In this document: piece after piece, positions 28,626 to 42,693 of the stretch
How positions within the stretch are numbered: the stretch's first letter is position 1
Layout: the number at the start of each line of letters is the position of its first letter
NCBI GenBank assembly: GCA_951406725.2
Contig: OX597818.1
Span: 25,978,001 to 26,042,000 of the forward strand
Source: Octopus vulgaris
Lineage: Eukaryota
DNA: 64,000 nucleotides
Direction: 5' to 3'
Program-made: the position numbers and the translations under genes
Notes under the pieces: generated by a model
The model's database searches: none
The model's input: only the letters and a program-made list of their open reading frames with translations
What the model was told of the DNA's origin: nothing

Positions 28626-30271
28626 GTAGGTAAATCCAACAGTAGTGATCAACAAATATCCACAAAATTATACATAATAAAAAAAATAGTACAAAGAAAG
28701 AGCTATTTTGTGAGAGCACAAAAATATTCCTTTGGATGTGAGACTGGAAGTCAGAAGTTGAAGGGGGAAAATACTGTAACTTGATTGTTCATAGATGTGG
28801 TGTGTGTCACTGTGAGTGAGTGAGACAGACAGACATACTGAATTGCTGTTGGGTATTTCCAGTGCATTCTGATCTGATACCATCCTAGGGTAATCGGTTC
28901 AGCTATTTAGAGTGGTTCAGTAAATTAACATACCAAATATAAGTCTGCTTTTCAATTAGTCTTTTATTCTAGTTTGGTGCTTCACCACAAGCATCTGACC
29001 AGTCTTCAAAATAAGTAACTAATTATTTTATCCCTAGCTTTTCAAGTAGTACTAACTTTGAATTCTTTTATTAAATTATTGGAATATCCTGTCTTTGTTA
29101 AGGTTCATAAAGAAGGAAAGTGAATGGAATTCTCATGTCAGAAGATTTTATTATTGACTTAAACACTAGAAACTTAAATTAAATGTAACAATTTTATTTA
29201 CGGAACAAAAGTCTTACCTTAAGGTTTTTATCAAAACACATATTTGATATTCAAGGGAAACTCTTAAAAATAAATTAAATCTGTCAGATTGTGATCAATA
29301 TATAGATTCTCAATAATTTTGAAGCAAAAAATGAAAAAGCTAAAGAAATAAGTTCTCCCTTGTAGTTTGGGGTGTACTTAACGATGTTATAACTAGAAAC
29401 AATAGGCTCTTTGAGAGAAAGAAATTAATTTTTAAAGGGCAATTATAGTAATATAATTTCGTTTTTTCAAGCACGTTTTTTAATTTAGATCACTTTAGAT
29501 GCTATGAGTTCAAACAATAATTCACATTGTGAACTTTTCTTTTAAAGCATCGCAAATCTTTACATTGTCATTTATAAGATTTTTATATCTTTTATCACGC
29601 TGGCATTGATTATATGAGGATCTGCACTGCTGTTTTATTTCAGTTAACATTGTCTTTTATCAATTCATTAATAAATTTTAGCTATTTCTGATATTGTCTA
29701 ATGATTGTAAGCTTCTGTAGGATATTTTATTTCACCTTTGCAAAGAGGAATTTAATGATTATTTGTAATAATTTATGGCAGGCATTCTAGCAATCCCTAC
29801 TTACTAATTTACTTATTCAGCAATTACTAACCAATACAGATTGCTTGTGAATCTGAAAAGACGATGAGCTTGCTTTATAAGAAAAAATTTTAAGTCTTTG
29901 CTTAATATTTGTATGTCGAATTTTATCCTATCTGCAAATGCAGACGTTACCAATATAGAATAGTTGCAAAGTAGATTACAAACGTCTACAAAATTGATAG
30001 GATTGAACGCAAATGTATTTTTATGACCAATTGAGATTATAGTGCCACGTTTTACTTACTGACAGAAATTTATCACTCTCAATATTAAAAGCACACGGCT
30101 TCTGTTTTTGACAATAGCTTAAGATATCCTTAATGGATATTCCAAACATTTAAAATTAATTATCTTAATACCTATCTTTTCAGTATCTATTGAAATTCGT
30201 TGAAAATTTTTCATTGTCGTTTTTCCTTTTGTGATACTGATGCTGATAGCCTTTTTTACCTTCTTTTTCAG

Positions 30272-30556
30272 CTGAAAGTGATACAAGCCGATGTCCTGAA
30301 CCTGTGATCAATACTCGACACTATTTGGCAACATTTCGGGACAGTTGCTATGTATTTATAAATCAAGAAAAATACTGGACCAAAGCCCGCGATTATTGTT
30401 GGTGGCTAGGTGGTGAACTTGTGCATATCCATGATATGGAAACTATGGAATTTCTCAAGAGTGTTCTCAATTCTAAAGAACTAGGCTGGAACAGAAATGG
30501 TGTCTGGACTGGTGCCAATGATTTACTTCATGAAGGCAAGTGGGTGTGGACAACAG
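30272..30556 (+). CDS. C-type lectin domain protein, internal exon (N-terminal part of the CTLD)
   Basis: Polypyrimidine tract and AG at 30270-30271; donor G|GTAAAT at 30557. Translation xESDTSRCPEP...FRDSCYVF..EKYWTKARDYCWWLGGELVHIHD..TMEFL...GVWTGANDLLHEGKWVWTTG has the CTLD CY, W-x2-A-x3-C-x3-G-x2-L, WIG-like (WTG) and EG-x-W-x-W motifs. Phase 1 at both ends. Confidence 0.95.
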
Positions 30557-30968
30557 GTAAATAAAATAAAAATATATTATTAAATTTGTGTTACACAAGG
30601 TATGTTTACAGCTATTTTTAGTTAAGTCAAAACTTAGTGTGAAAAAAAATGCTTGATATATTAGGTAGCTAATAAAAATGCTTTCATTTTTAATGTTTTA
30701 ACGCTTTGCCATTTGTTCCCAAGTTTCTGATATTACTTATCACATTCACACAAAGTAGACCTGTATTAAATATATAACAGTATTGTATTACAAGAGAACT
30801 GTTTTTTTTAATCGTTTTTGTATTTGGTTTGCAAGATTCTTTATGTGAATTTATGTGTTGAAGCATATTTTATTGTGTCTGGGGAGAGTCATTCTCTTTT
30901 AGTGCCTTATTAATTTAACACACTCACCAGTCTGATTTCCACTCATTTACTTATTTTTACTAAAATTT

Positions 30969-31660
30969 TCAATACGTCTTGCAACCTTTCCAATAGTCGT
31001 TGTCTCTGTCCATTATCGGAACTACTTTCTTTTTCTTTGTTTGTTTGCTTGCATACATGTGCATCAGTACATGTACACCCATGCCTGCATAATTGCCTAC
31101 TAACAACACTGTGTATATATAAACTGCGGGTATTGGAGTATGACACCTATGTATATATTTCCTGTTTAGTACTGGGGATGTTTCATTAATGAGGATGTAC
31201 TCTTGTACTTGCCTGAGTGCTGGGTCCCTCAGGTGCTTGGATAAAATGCAGATGTCAAGTTGACCCAGTGTGCTTCCATGTTGGTAGAGTTTGGAAGATT
31301 GTTTTTTGTCATATTGTCTCAAATGTTCATTTAGTCTACCCGCAATGCATCTAGATGTCTCACCTATGTATATTATGTTCTTGCCTTTACAAGCACCCTC
31401 TATGCACCTTATGCTGTAGACTACATTTCTAGCTTTATAGTTAATGCCAGGGTTAGTATTAGACACCATGCAGTTATCATTGGTGCATGTGGTATTCTCA
31501 AAGGGGTATATCCTACATTGTTGTGATCTGATTGAGTTCTCTGGCTTTTCAATGATCTTAATGTTGAGTTTAGCCACCTTCAGAGCTTTCCTAGTTCTCC
31601 ATGTACTGTGACCTCTACAAACATCACTCCTTGATATTTGTCGGTCTTGTACCACATGTT
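30969..31660 (-). mobile_element. Penelope-like element GIY-YIG endonuclease fragment
   Basis: NVVYSIRC...C...IYIGETSRCIAGRLNEH...SKLYQH...RQVQEYILI....PVLN preceded by a Cys-rich linker. It lies antisense in the lectin intron. Confidence 0.9.
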
Positions 31661-31818
31661 TACTCTGTTTGCTTTGTCACAAACTCTTTGTATCCTATTC
31701 AGTCTTTATTTATATATCTAGGGGCAGGTATATATATGTATTATAGTGAACAATAATGATATATATATATTACATAGTATATTATAGTAATACATATATA
31801 TATATATATACACACATA

Positions 31819-33035
31819 TCATCATCATCATCATCGTTTAACGTCCGTTTTCCGCGCTAGCACGGGTTGGACGGTTTGACCGGGGTCTGGGAAGCCAGAG
31901 GCCTCTCCAGGCTCCAGTCTGATCTGGCAGAGTTTCTACGGCTGGATGCCCTTCCTAACGCCAACCACTCCGCGAGTGGATTGGGTGCTTTTTACGTGCC
32001 ACCTGCACAGGGGCCGGGGGTCCGGCATCGGTCACGATCGGTTCGAGCTTTTTCTAGAGTTGAGTTGGGGGGGGGGGTCTAGCTGAAAAAGGTTCCACCA
32101 GTGGAAAGAGAGGGAGAGATAGTGGGGGGGTGCAGGTAATAAAGGGAAGCACCAGTGGGGAAGGTTGGGTAAGGAGGAACGATGACAAGGAAAGGGTTGG
32201 TGCAGAAGAAATAAAAACGTAGGATATCACGAGACGGGGAGGGGGACTGGAAGGAGATGGTCGGATTGAGGCAGTGCCAGATTCTAAACAGGAGGTAACG
32301 TAAGATCAGTGGGGCAGTTAATGAGCTGCGGTGCTAGCAGCTTGACTTGGTGGGGGGAAGGGGTAGTACACAGTGAAAGCATATGTGAAGGAGGGGTAGG
32401 AGGGAGAGACACACGCAATGGTGGTGGGGGATGAGGAGGGCATATCTGGTGTAGATGGTGAGAAGTGTTCACCGGTATTGGTGGTGAGATGTGTTCACCA
32501 GTATTGGTGGTGAGAAGTGTTTACCGGTATTGGTGGTGAGAAGTGTTCACCGGTATTGGTGGTGGGGGTGAGAAGTGTTCACCGGTATTGGTGGTGAGAA
32601 GTATTCACCGGTATTGGTGGTGGGGGTGGTGAGAAGTGTTCACCGGTATTGGTGGTGAGAAGTGTTCACCGGTATTGGTGGTGGTTGGCGCCGCCGAATG
32701 GCGGAAAAGATGGAAATTAAGGATTGAAGGATTAAAGGGTTAAATTTCGTAGAGAAAAGATAGGAAAAACGAAGCAGTTATTGTATGAGTACAGACGTTT
32801 AACAATAGTAACGATTGAGGTACGAAAGATAATGGGATAAAATGTTTTTGCAACTTGCTGCGAATATGAAAGCCGGAAGCCGCTGTTGGAGAAGAAAGGA
32901 AGTCTAAAAATTGGGAACCGTAAATCGTAATGGCGACTAAGAAGAAGAAGAAAAGAAGAAGACGAATGGCGGAAAAGATGGAAATTAAGGATTGAAGGAT
33001 TAAATTAAAGGGTTAAATTTCGTAGAGAAAAGATA
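31819..33035 (-). mobile_element. Young composite RTE-tailed element with purine/pyrimidine-skewed body and minisatellite
   Basis: CpG-rich RTE-type tail at 31819-32050, G-rich body, about 26-bp tandem GAGAAGTGTTCACCGGTATTGGTGGT at 32460-32684, and a direct repeat of about 68 bp at 32695 and 32963. Flanked by AT microsatellite. Confidence 0.7.
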
Positions 33036-33457
33036 CATATATATATATAATTTAGTAATAAAGAATTTCATTGAAAATATTTTCCTTATATGGTGAATTG
33101 CAGTGAAAAAATATATAACAAAAAAAGGGAAATGCACACAATTTATATATTTCTAATATATTTTAAAAGGCTAGAATATTATGATACTGGTTTTGCATTT
33201 TGCTAATCATGACTGGGATGTAATTGATAAATACATATGTATGTGTATTAGTAATAAATTAGTTCATTTGTAGAAATAGCTGATTTAAAGGCTCAGATTA
33301 TAATTCACTGTACCTGTCAACTGAACAACCTTTCCATTGGGCCTTTTGATACTTGTAAATATATCTATTCTATCCAATGCATGTATTGAGCTCTCATTTG
33401 AACCATGGGCTTCCCAACTCCACATTGGACATAGTCCATTTCATATTTGCATGTATG

Positions 33458-33920
33458 TACAGGGTTGTCAGGTAGGTTTTTGTTTGTTTGTTTTTTCCAT
33501 TTATATTAATCCTTATTTTTCATCAACGATTTTAACGAATCAGTAAATACTATATTTTCCTTCATCGTTCATGACTTCTTTGCCAATGTTCCCTGAGATT
33601 GTCAATACCTTGACATAGAATTCACTGGGTCTTGACTTAAAGAATTCAAGTCATTTGCAGCTCCGCGTCATTTTTGAAAAAAAAACACATCACAGACTTT
33701 TGGAGAGTGACTGTAAAAGGTGATAATCTGAAGGTGCTATATCAAGAGACTATGATGGATGTAGTTAAACTTCCCAACTGAGCTCTTAAAACAGCATTTT
33801 TGGTCAAAGTAGTGATGTAAGGGTGAGCATTGTACTGCTGAAGAGGCACACCATGTTATCAGTTGGATAATTTCAGTTGGATTGCTTCATTGGACCAGTG
33901 CATTTACTGAATATAATAAT
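33458..33920 (-). mobile_element. Old mariner C-terminal remnant
   Basis: Minus strand at about 33785-33700 reads ELSWEV*LHPS*SLDIAPSDYHLLQSL. Confidence 0.75.
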
Positions 33921-36900
33921 TTTTTCCTTCTTATTTTACCCTGATTTCTGGTCAGTTTTGGACGATCACTCATTTATTGAATAACTGGCTTGAATAACTC
34001 ATTTATTGAATAACTGGCTTTTGCCCAATCCCTGACAAAATCAAAACCTTCAGTGTCCCCATAGTGACGTCATAGAAAAATCCCCACCTGGACTAAAATC
34101 GCATTCATGCATGCAACTAGATGCAGCTTCTTTTATTTTAATTGTTTTTTATTCTCTCTCTCTCTTCTTCTTCTTAAATCCTCTCCTTCAAACTCTCATC
34201 TGTTGAAATTTATGAGAGTGACCATCATAAAGTGTTTTGTAATGCTTTATTCTACTGGAGAAAATATTTACTTGCAAGTCAGTACAACTGATTTACTTAA
34301 GCTTTTAGTAATGAGGGGTTTATAAACAGTGTCAGCATGGACAATTAAAGCAGGTACTGAGTCAGGAATGAAATTTCACTTTCGGACTGAAACTTCAACT
34401 GATCCCTATTTTACTGTTCATTTTTACCACTGTCTATATATACAGTGATAGACAAAATCTACAGATACATTCTAGAGTCATGTTTGTCTGTCAGAGTGAT
34501 GAGTCCTCTGCAAGGGTGACTGATGACTTGTCAGTGGCTTTGTTGAAAGTGAAGAAGAGTTCTGCACCATCAACATCACTCTCTCATCTGTGACCATCAT
34601 TCTATCCAGTGGCAAAGCCAAGTCAAGACAGAGGCGATCATTTTACAACTATCACACAAAATCAAGACAAAGAGACACGGACATATATACATGCATATGA
34701 CAGGCTTCTTTCAGTTTCTGTCTACCAGATCCATTCACAAGCCTTTGGTCATCCCAGGGGTGGGAGCTATAATAGAAATTCGATCAGGGTGCCACACAGT
34801 GGGACTGAACCCGGAGTCATGCAATTGGGAAGCAAACTTCTTACCACACAGCCATGTCAGCTGTGCCTGTGTCTTATGTGTAAATAAATAAGTACTGAAA
34901 GATAGAGTTTATAGTTTAATCAAGCTTCACTAGTCTAATTATGAAATTTCATCTAGAAAAGTATGTAGATGAGTACATGCACTGTAGTTTAGTGGCAGCT
35001 AAGAAAGCTAGGTGTAGATGACCTGTTTGAGAGTCATGTGAACAAATTCAATGATCAAGTTAGTATAAGCTATTCCTCAGTTTCCTCTTGCCACTTTTAT
35101 TTATTAGTTCTTGATACAATATCATTATACACCCATGTGCTAAAGGTTGCTGCAGATTTAGATTTCAATCTAGAAGAATAATATAGAGTCCAAAGTACTA
35201 ATCAATAACAGAGAGCTAAAAACCACAGTACCAACTGAGCAGTGTTTTTTTTTTCTTCTTTTTCTGTTTTATGTAAAACAGCACAGGAACGAAATGAATG
35301 AGCAAATGCCACACAGTAGACCCAACTAACTCATACCAGCACAAACAACTGGCTATTGAAATAATGATGACAAGGATAATGAATATAGTTGTATTTCTCT
35401 TTCAAAATGGATTTCAGTAACTGGACAGTTTTTTAAACTATCAATTTTTTATAAACTAAAATGATTCTGGTAAATAGGGTATATCTCCTATTAATTAAAA
35501 TAAACAAACTATAAACTAGTCCAAATGACAGTGAAGCAAGCAAATTACGAAAGAACTGTTCACCATATAGTATGGTAGAGAATAGATGAAATATTGTGAA
35601 AGATTGGGATAAAAGTAGAAAAGGATTGTTTATTATATCATCTGCAAAACTATTGTGACCTCTGAAGTGAACTGAGCATTGTATTTTAATCTAAAACAGT
35701 CAGGCTAAGTACGTCTCAAGAAAGCACAATGTAGCTCTATTTCATAAACTGAAAGCTTATCCCTTTACTATTAATGTCACTGACTTATCACCAAAATTCT
35801 TCCTATAATATGTAATGAACAAGTCATCTCTACATAAACCATCCCTCTCCAGATTATTGAGCATCATCAGAAGTTGTAGATATGAATAGTAAATTAAGTG
35901 GAATAGCTTAGCTAAGAATAGAACCCATACTCTGAACTCAACTCTATTAGCTTCCCATTACGCTATGGTGCCTACATAAACAAATTTTTCAGATACACAA
36001 CATTTTTAAAACTAAAAGTTAGAATTGATTTTGTTTACATATGTACCAGTGTCTTAGGTCTCCCTACTAAACCAATTTGAATATCTTGAACATAACTAAA
36101 AATAAAAGAAAAGGCTAAAACGTGTACAGTAGTCAGTTCAGGAAAACTGTTTTCTTGTTGTTAAATGGTAGTCATGTATTCAGAAAAGCTGCTACTTGAA
36201 GCATAACAAGAAACACTTTCCACTTCCTACTGAGATCACTTCAATTTTGAAAGTCTTGCACAGAAACATCAGTGGTTTTCTGTGTAATGACTGGTAGTTG
36301 CTAACTGCTGGAGTTATTGATTTCTTTCACCCTACTTCACAAGAATCTTCAGAGGTACTTACTAAATAGCATTGATGCCATTCTCACGATAGATTTCTGC
36401 CACTATTTGTGATTTTAGTGTTAGAGAGGTTCGCTTATATTTTAAAATCATGTTGCATCTGTCAAAAAAACTTGAATCAGTTTAATGTTTTGTCAAATGT
36501 TTCATTTATCAGTTTACTATTTACACACACACACACACACAGAGTAAATGATGATAGTTAATGCTGAAGAATCAAAGAATCAATTTAAATTAGCTAATTT
36601 TAAAGTTTCTGAATAAGTGTCAAGTCAGTGATTACTAAACAGACAGACAAAATAAATGAGAAATAGATATCACATCATCATCATCATCTGTTTTCCATGC
36701 TGGCATGGGTTGGACAGTTTGACTGAGGTCTGGAAAGCCAGGAGGCTGCACCAGATTCTGGTAATGTTTCTACAACTGGATGCCCTTCCTAACGCCAACC
36801 GCTCTGTGAGTGTAGTGGGTGCTTTTTATGTGCGACCGGCACAGGAGCCAGAGGGGGCTGGCATCGACCATGATCAGATGGTGCTTTTTCGCCTGTCACC

Positions 36901-37219
36901 GGCATGGGAGCCAGTCAAGGCAGTGCTGGCATCAGCCAAAATTTAGATGGTGCTTTTAACATGCCACCAGCACAGAAGCCAGTCAGGACGAGGGGGCTGA
37001 CATCAACCAGTTGGGGCATTTCTATGCTGTTTCTTTTTCATCTTTACATATAGTTTTTTTTTTTAATATATTAACAGACATAGATTGTTTTTTAATTTAT
37101 TAGTGATGTTGCACCAATCAGCCCTGCTAAACAAACTTATGTCAGAGTGATAACAAAATTTGTGCTTCACTGTAATCCTCATGTCTTGCAATATGATTTT
37201 GAAGTACTTTAGGTACTAC

Positions 37220-37373
37220 TCATACAGGTATTACTCATTTTTGTCAGCTGAGTGGACTGGAGCAATGTGAAATAAAGTGTCTTGCTCAAGGACACAATGC
37301 GTCACCAGGAATGGAACTCATGACCTTATGATCATGAGCTGAATGCCCTAACCACTAAGCCACACGCCTTCAC
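37220..37373 (-). mobile_element. tRNA-derived SINE family B, 5' part
   Basis: Reverse complement of 38512-38660. Confidence 0.85.
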
Positions 37374-37424
37374 ATATATATATATATACATATATTTGTG
37401 TGAGTGTATGTGTGTATATTTATG

Positions 37425-37465
<41 letters not shown>

Positions 37466-38511
37466 TCATCATCATCATCTTGGACATTGTCATATACTGT
37501 GCAGTGTTTAGTTGTATGGCAGTTAAGATACTTTTTGTTTAGATTATGGGTTACCCCTACAACACAATGAATTATGGAATTCCTCATTGTCTGTGTAGCA
37601 TGATGTGGTATTTTCTTCATTCAAAACATTTTGAATATTGCAATAGTGGGATTTGTTTATTGTAACTTTTATTCTTTTGTTGTAATTCTAAGTTTTTAAT
37701 TTGTTTAGGTATCGTGGGAATATGTATTAATGTTATTTAGCATCTAAAAATAATCATTTTTTAAAATTTATATTTTTTACAAGTTATTTTGGGAAACAAG
37801 TTTGAAAGTTTATGTCAGTGATAGTTTGAAATTTGTCTTGATGGGGCTCAAAAGTTACTTAGAGAAGATAAAATAAAAATAATAATAGAATGTATAAGCA
37901 TTCTAAACTGTAACATATGTGAGTTATGGTAAGTACATTTAATTTTAAGACTTACTGCTGATTATTCAGAGGTATTCATCATTAGGGTAAAGATATTTCT
38001 AAAATGTTTATTTATTTTTGTAATTTCACATAACCAGCCTCAGCCCATTTAAAAGTACCTTGGATTGTAGGGCGACCTGCTGTGCTTGAGGAGACCTATT
38101 GAATCAAGTACATCAAAATGAAAATCAAATGGAAATTATAATTGTGATACCCGTGCTGGTGGCACGTAAAAAGCAGCATCTGAACATGGCCGATGCCAGT
38201 GCTGCTTTGACTGGCTTCCGATTGTGGTTGATGCCAGCTCCTTTGGCCCCTGTACTGGTGGCATGTAAAAAGCACCCACTACATTCTCAGAGTGGTTGGC
38301 ATTAGGAAGGGCATCGAGCTGTAGAAACACTGCCAGATCAGACTGGAGCCTGGTGCAGCCTTCTGGCTTCTCAGACCCCAGTCGAACCGTCCAACCCATG
38401 CTAGCATGGAAAACAGACATTAAACGACGATGATGATGATATATATATATATATTCACAAATATACAAATATATATATATACACACACACACAAATATAT
38501 GTGTATATATG

Positions 38512-38830
38512 TGAAGGCGCATGGCTTAGTGGTTAGGGCATTCAGCTCATGATCGTAAGGTCATGAGTTCCATTCCTGGTGACACATTCTGTCCTTGAGC
38601 AAGACACTTTATTTCCCATTGCTCCAGTCCACTCAGCTGACAAAAATGAGTAGTACCTGTATTTCAGAGGGCCAGCCTTGTCGCACTCTGTGTCATACTG
38701 AATCTCCCTGAGAACTACTTTAAGGGTACACATATCTGTGGAGTGCTCAGCCACTTGCATGTTAATTTCATGAGCAAGCTGTTCCATTGATCATATCAGC
38801 TGGGACCCTCAATGTTGTAACCAATAAACT
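38512..38830 (+). mobile_element. tRNA-derived SINE family B
   Basis: A-box TGGCTTAGTGG, B-box-like GAGTTCCATTCC, then TGTCCTTGAGCAAGACACTTTATTTC. Confidence 0.85.
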
Positions 38831-39249
38831 GCTCTTATATACAAATATATATACAAAGATATAAAAGGACAACACTCATTATTAGATTAGATTATACATA
38901 CATGTTAACACTTTACAGTATACTTAGATAACCCGTGATAGCGCGGAAAACGGACGTTAAACGATGATGATGATGATGATGATATATATAATTCTATACA
39001 TCAATCTTAAACAACAGGATTATAAAGGAAGACAGGAATTTAAGAGAAGTGGAAACCAAAAGGTATCATGATATTCAATGAAGGATTTTATTTCAGATAT
39101 TCTTATTTTAAAAATCATCTCCGGTTATTCGTTGAAAGAACGTTGGTGTTGCATTGGTGGAGGTTTGCGCTCTCTGAGTGCTCTTATCGTTGTCGTCGTC
39201 GTTATTATCATCGTTATTATGATCATCGTCATTATCATCATAAGGCAAC

Positions 39250-39455
39250 CAGATGGCAGTATTGTCAGTATACCAGACAAAATGTTTAATGGTGTTTCAT
39301 TTGTCTTTACGTTCTGAGTTCAAATTCAGCTGATGTTGATGTTATGTTTGATTCTTTTCTGGGTTGATGAGATAAATACCAGTCAAGTTCCAGGGGCAAT
39401 GTAATCGACTACCCCTTCCCCCAAATTTCAGGCCTTGTGCCTTTAGTAAAAATAG
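39250..39455 (+). mobile_element. SINE family C
   Basis: Shared core GTTCTGAGTTCAAATTC..CTGAGGTC..TTTGCCTTTCATCCTTT.GGGGTC.ATAAAATAAGTACCAG. Copies at about 4150-4350(+), 16620-16740(+), 19240-19440(-), 63470-63680(+). Confidence 0.7.
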
Positions 39456-39834
39456 GTATTGTAGTTGTTGTTATTTTTATTATTGCAGACGTATGTTGTT
39501 TAGAATTACAGTTGTAACATGTAATTGAAGCCACACAGTTCAAATTGTTGATACTAATTGGTTTCTAAGCTATCCCACCATTGGTTCCATGAATATTCTC
39601 TTTTTTTTTTTCCGAGTTTCATTATTCTTTTATATAGTATTGTGGTATTATGCTTGCTGCTATCTCTAGTTCTCATTAGTTTAGCTATTTCACTTTTGGA
39701 GGGAGAATTATATTTTTTGATGTTGCCTCTTGGAATATGTTTCTTAGATATGTCTGTAATTATTTTATTGAAAGTATATGCTGTTATCTAAGTAGTGGGG
39801 CAAAAAATTCGTTTTGTTTGATTTTCAAAGGATC

Positions 39835-39872
<38 letters not shown>

Positions 39873-41751
39873 CTGTGAGAATGCTTTTGCTTGTGTTATT
39901 AGTATGCAAGTGTATTGAAAAGATAATAGTTGGTTGGTCAAAGGAGAATTGGGGAACTATTCAACAAAGGATCTGTGTAGCTTAGTTTGTAGAGCTAGAA
40001 TTGATACCAGGGAAAGGAGTTATTGTAGCTTGCTCAGTGATGTTTTGCACATTCATTTAACACACATAATCATTTAAATGGAGTGGAAAACTTTTAAAGC
40101 ATTTTTAAAGATGGGGTTTCAGCTTACTTCTCACAGGTCTCCAAAGCAATATTTTCTTTTCAGATATAGTAATATCATACATAATGTTGTAATACTATAA
40201 GCTAAAGCGTTTGAATTATAAATTTTTACCTGGTTTGCATACATCCTTTTTTTTTTTTACATTGTCTGTTTTGCGTATATATACATATATATATAAAACA
40301 CAAGCATAGCTGTATAGTTAAGAAGCTTACTTCTCAACCATTTGTTTTGAGTTCACCCTTACTATGTGGCATATGTTAGATGGTTTCACTAAAGCTGGAG
40401 ATCTGCACCAGGTTCCAATCTGATTTGGCATGGTTTCTATGGCTGGATGCCCTTCCTAATACCAACCACTCCAAGAGTTTAATGGGTGCTTTTTATGTGC
40501 TACCAGCATGACACCAGCATTGTGTGAGTGTGTATACATACATATATATATATATATATATAATATAAAGCTGAACTAGAAGAATTAACTAATTTTCTGT
40601 TGAAATTCTTTCAAGTATGTGTAAATTATTAGCAAACTGTTTTTTGCTTCAGTGTAAGCTGTCTTAGTCTTTGACTCTATATTTTTCATTTGACTACAGC
40701 CTTCTCTCTTATTTCAACCTGTGACACAAATGGTCACAGGTTGATATAAAAAATTCAGGAACAAATGTAGAAGATATTTAAAATTATATTATGATTGACT
40801 TTTTTTTTTCTCTCTCTCTCATTATGATTGCTTTCAAACTGTAGACTTCATGACTTTAGAACAAATTGATTTTCTCATTTATTCTACTGAAAGATTTTTG
40901 AAAGAAGAAATTGTTTTTTTGTCTTTGGTTTTCTAGGAAACTTCGCTTTACATTTATCATTATACTTCAAAGCTGTTGTAGTAATTAAGGCTGATACTAT
41001 GTTCTAGGCAAACAAGGTGATCATGTAGGATACTAAACTTGGTGACCTCACAAATAACTTTATATGAATTTCTTAATCTAGTTAAAAACATAAAAGAAAG
41101 TAGGTGACATCACCAATTTAAACAAATAAGGATGTCAAGTGGTGGTGGGATCAAACTCAAAGATGCATACACATGTATATATACATATTGACAAGTTTCT
41201 TGCAGTTTCCATCTACCAAATTTGCTCACAAGGTTGTTGTCCAAGGTGCCTCACAGTAGGACTTGACCCAGAGCCATGTGGTTGAAAACTATAGATTACT
41301 TTTTGTTTGCAAGTCAGTTATAATTTCCTGACTGCATTTTCCAGCTGGTGTGATGAGAGTGATAGCTGGAATATTGTAGAAAAATAATTTACTGAAGGAT
41401 TCTCTCAATGTATGATTGGAAGAAAGGAGTACAAACTCTAGAGCTAGGAGAAGTAGGTGCTTAGTGTAGGATTGGTCCAGGATAGAGAATATCCTGATGC
41501 CAGCCCTTACAGTAATGAATATTTCATAATAATTCTTTAGTTCAAGAATACTTTCAGTATTTAGCTAAGTTTACATTTCTTCCTATATTCACTCTCAAAT
41601 AATTTTTTTTTAAAACTTGTATTTCACAAATGTAAAACTTCCTATATCACAAATGTAATCCATTCACATGAACTTTCAAGAGGCATTCACTGATGTCAGT
41701 ATTAGTAATAAGATTCTTCTCATAGTTGGGTTTCTTTTTTTTAATATCTCA

Positions 41752-42693
41752 AGTTAGTAGCGGAGGTGGATGCACAGAGAGTATCACCACTAGAATACGA
41801 ATAGCCTGGGCAAAGTTCAGAAAGCTCCTACCCCTACTGGCAACAAAAGGCCTCTCCCTCAGAGCAAAAGGTAGATTATATGATGCATGTGTGTGAACTG
41901 CCATGCTTCACGGTAATGAAACATGGGCTGTGACTGCAGAAGACATGCGTAGACTTGAAAGAAATGAAGCTAGCATGATCCGCTGGATGTGTAGTGTCAG
42001 TGTGCACGCAAAACAGAGTGTAAGTATCCTGAGAGAAATGCTGGATATAAGAAGCATCAGATGTGGTGTGCAAGAGCGACGCTTGCGATGGTATGGTCAT
42101 GTGCTGCGGATGGATGAAGAGAGATGTGTGAAGAAGTGCCACTCCCAAACAGTTGAAGGTATCAGGGGGAGAGGTAGACCCAGGAAGACATGGGATGAGG
42201 TGGTCAAGCATGACCTCAGAGCATTGGGCCTCACTGAGGCAATGGCGAAGGACCGAGATCTCTGGAGATATGCTGTGACTACAAAGACCCGGGCTGCTTT
42301 CTGCAGCAATTCCACATACCCCCTACCCATTCTAAGTACCCCCGGATCCCCAAAGTACCCCGGATCCCCAAAGTACCCTGGATCCCCAAAATACCCCGAT
42401 CCCCAAAGTACCCCGGACCTCGTTGCCCCCGTGCCGCTGACACGTTAAAATGCTCGAACCGATCGTGACGATGCCGGACCCTCCGGCCCCTGTGCAGGTG
42501 GCACGTAAAAAGCACCCAATCCACTCACGGAGTGGTTGGCGTTAGGAAGGGCATCCAGCCGTAGAAACTCTGCCAGATTCAGACTGGAGCCTGGAGCGGC
42601 CCCTGGCTTCCCAGACCCGGTCAAACCGTCCAACCCGTGCTAGCGCGGAAAGCGGACGTTAAACGATGATGATGATGATGATGATGATGATGA
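41752..42693 (+). mobile_element. 5'-truncated RTE-clade LINE (ORF C-terminus, 3' UTR, (GAT)n tail)
   Basis: RIRIAWAKFRKL..LL...GLSLRAKGRLY..CV..AMLHGNETW...DMRRLERNEASMIRWMC...RRLRWYGHVLRM...GRGRPRKTWDEVV.HDL...DRDLWR. An 18-bp minisatellite at 42333-42418 is followed by the common repeat and (GAT)n. Confidence 0.92.

Noticed and set aside
30969-31655. Host or prokaryotic GIY-YIG nuclease gene
   Set aside because: It is truncated, antisense in an intron, has no splice structure, and has a Penelope-type Cys linker, so it is a transposon fragment.
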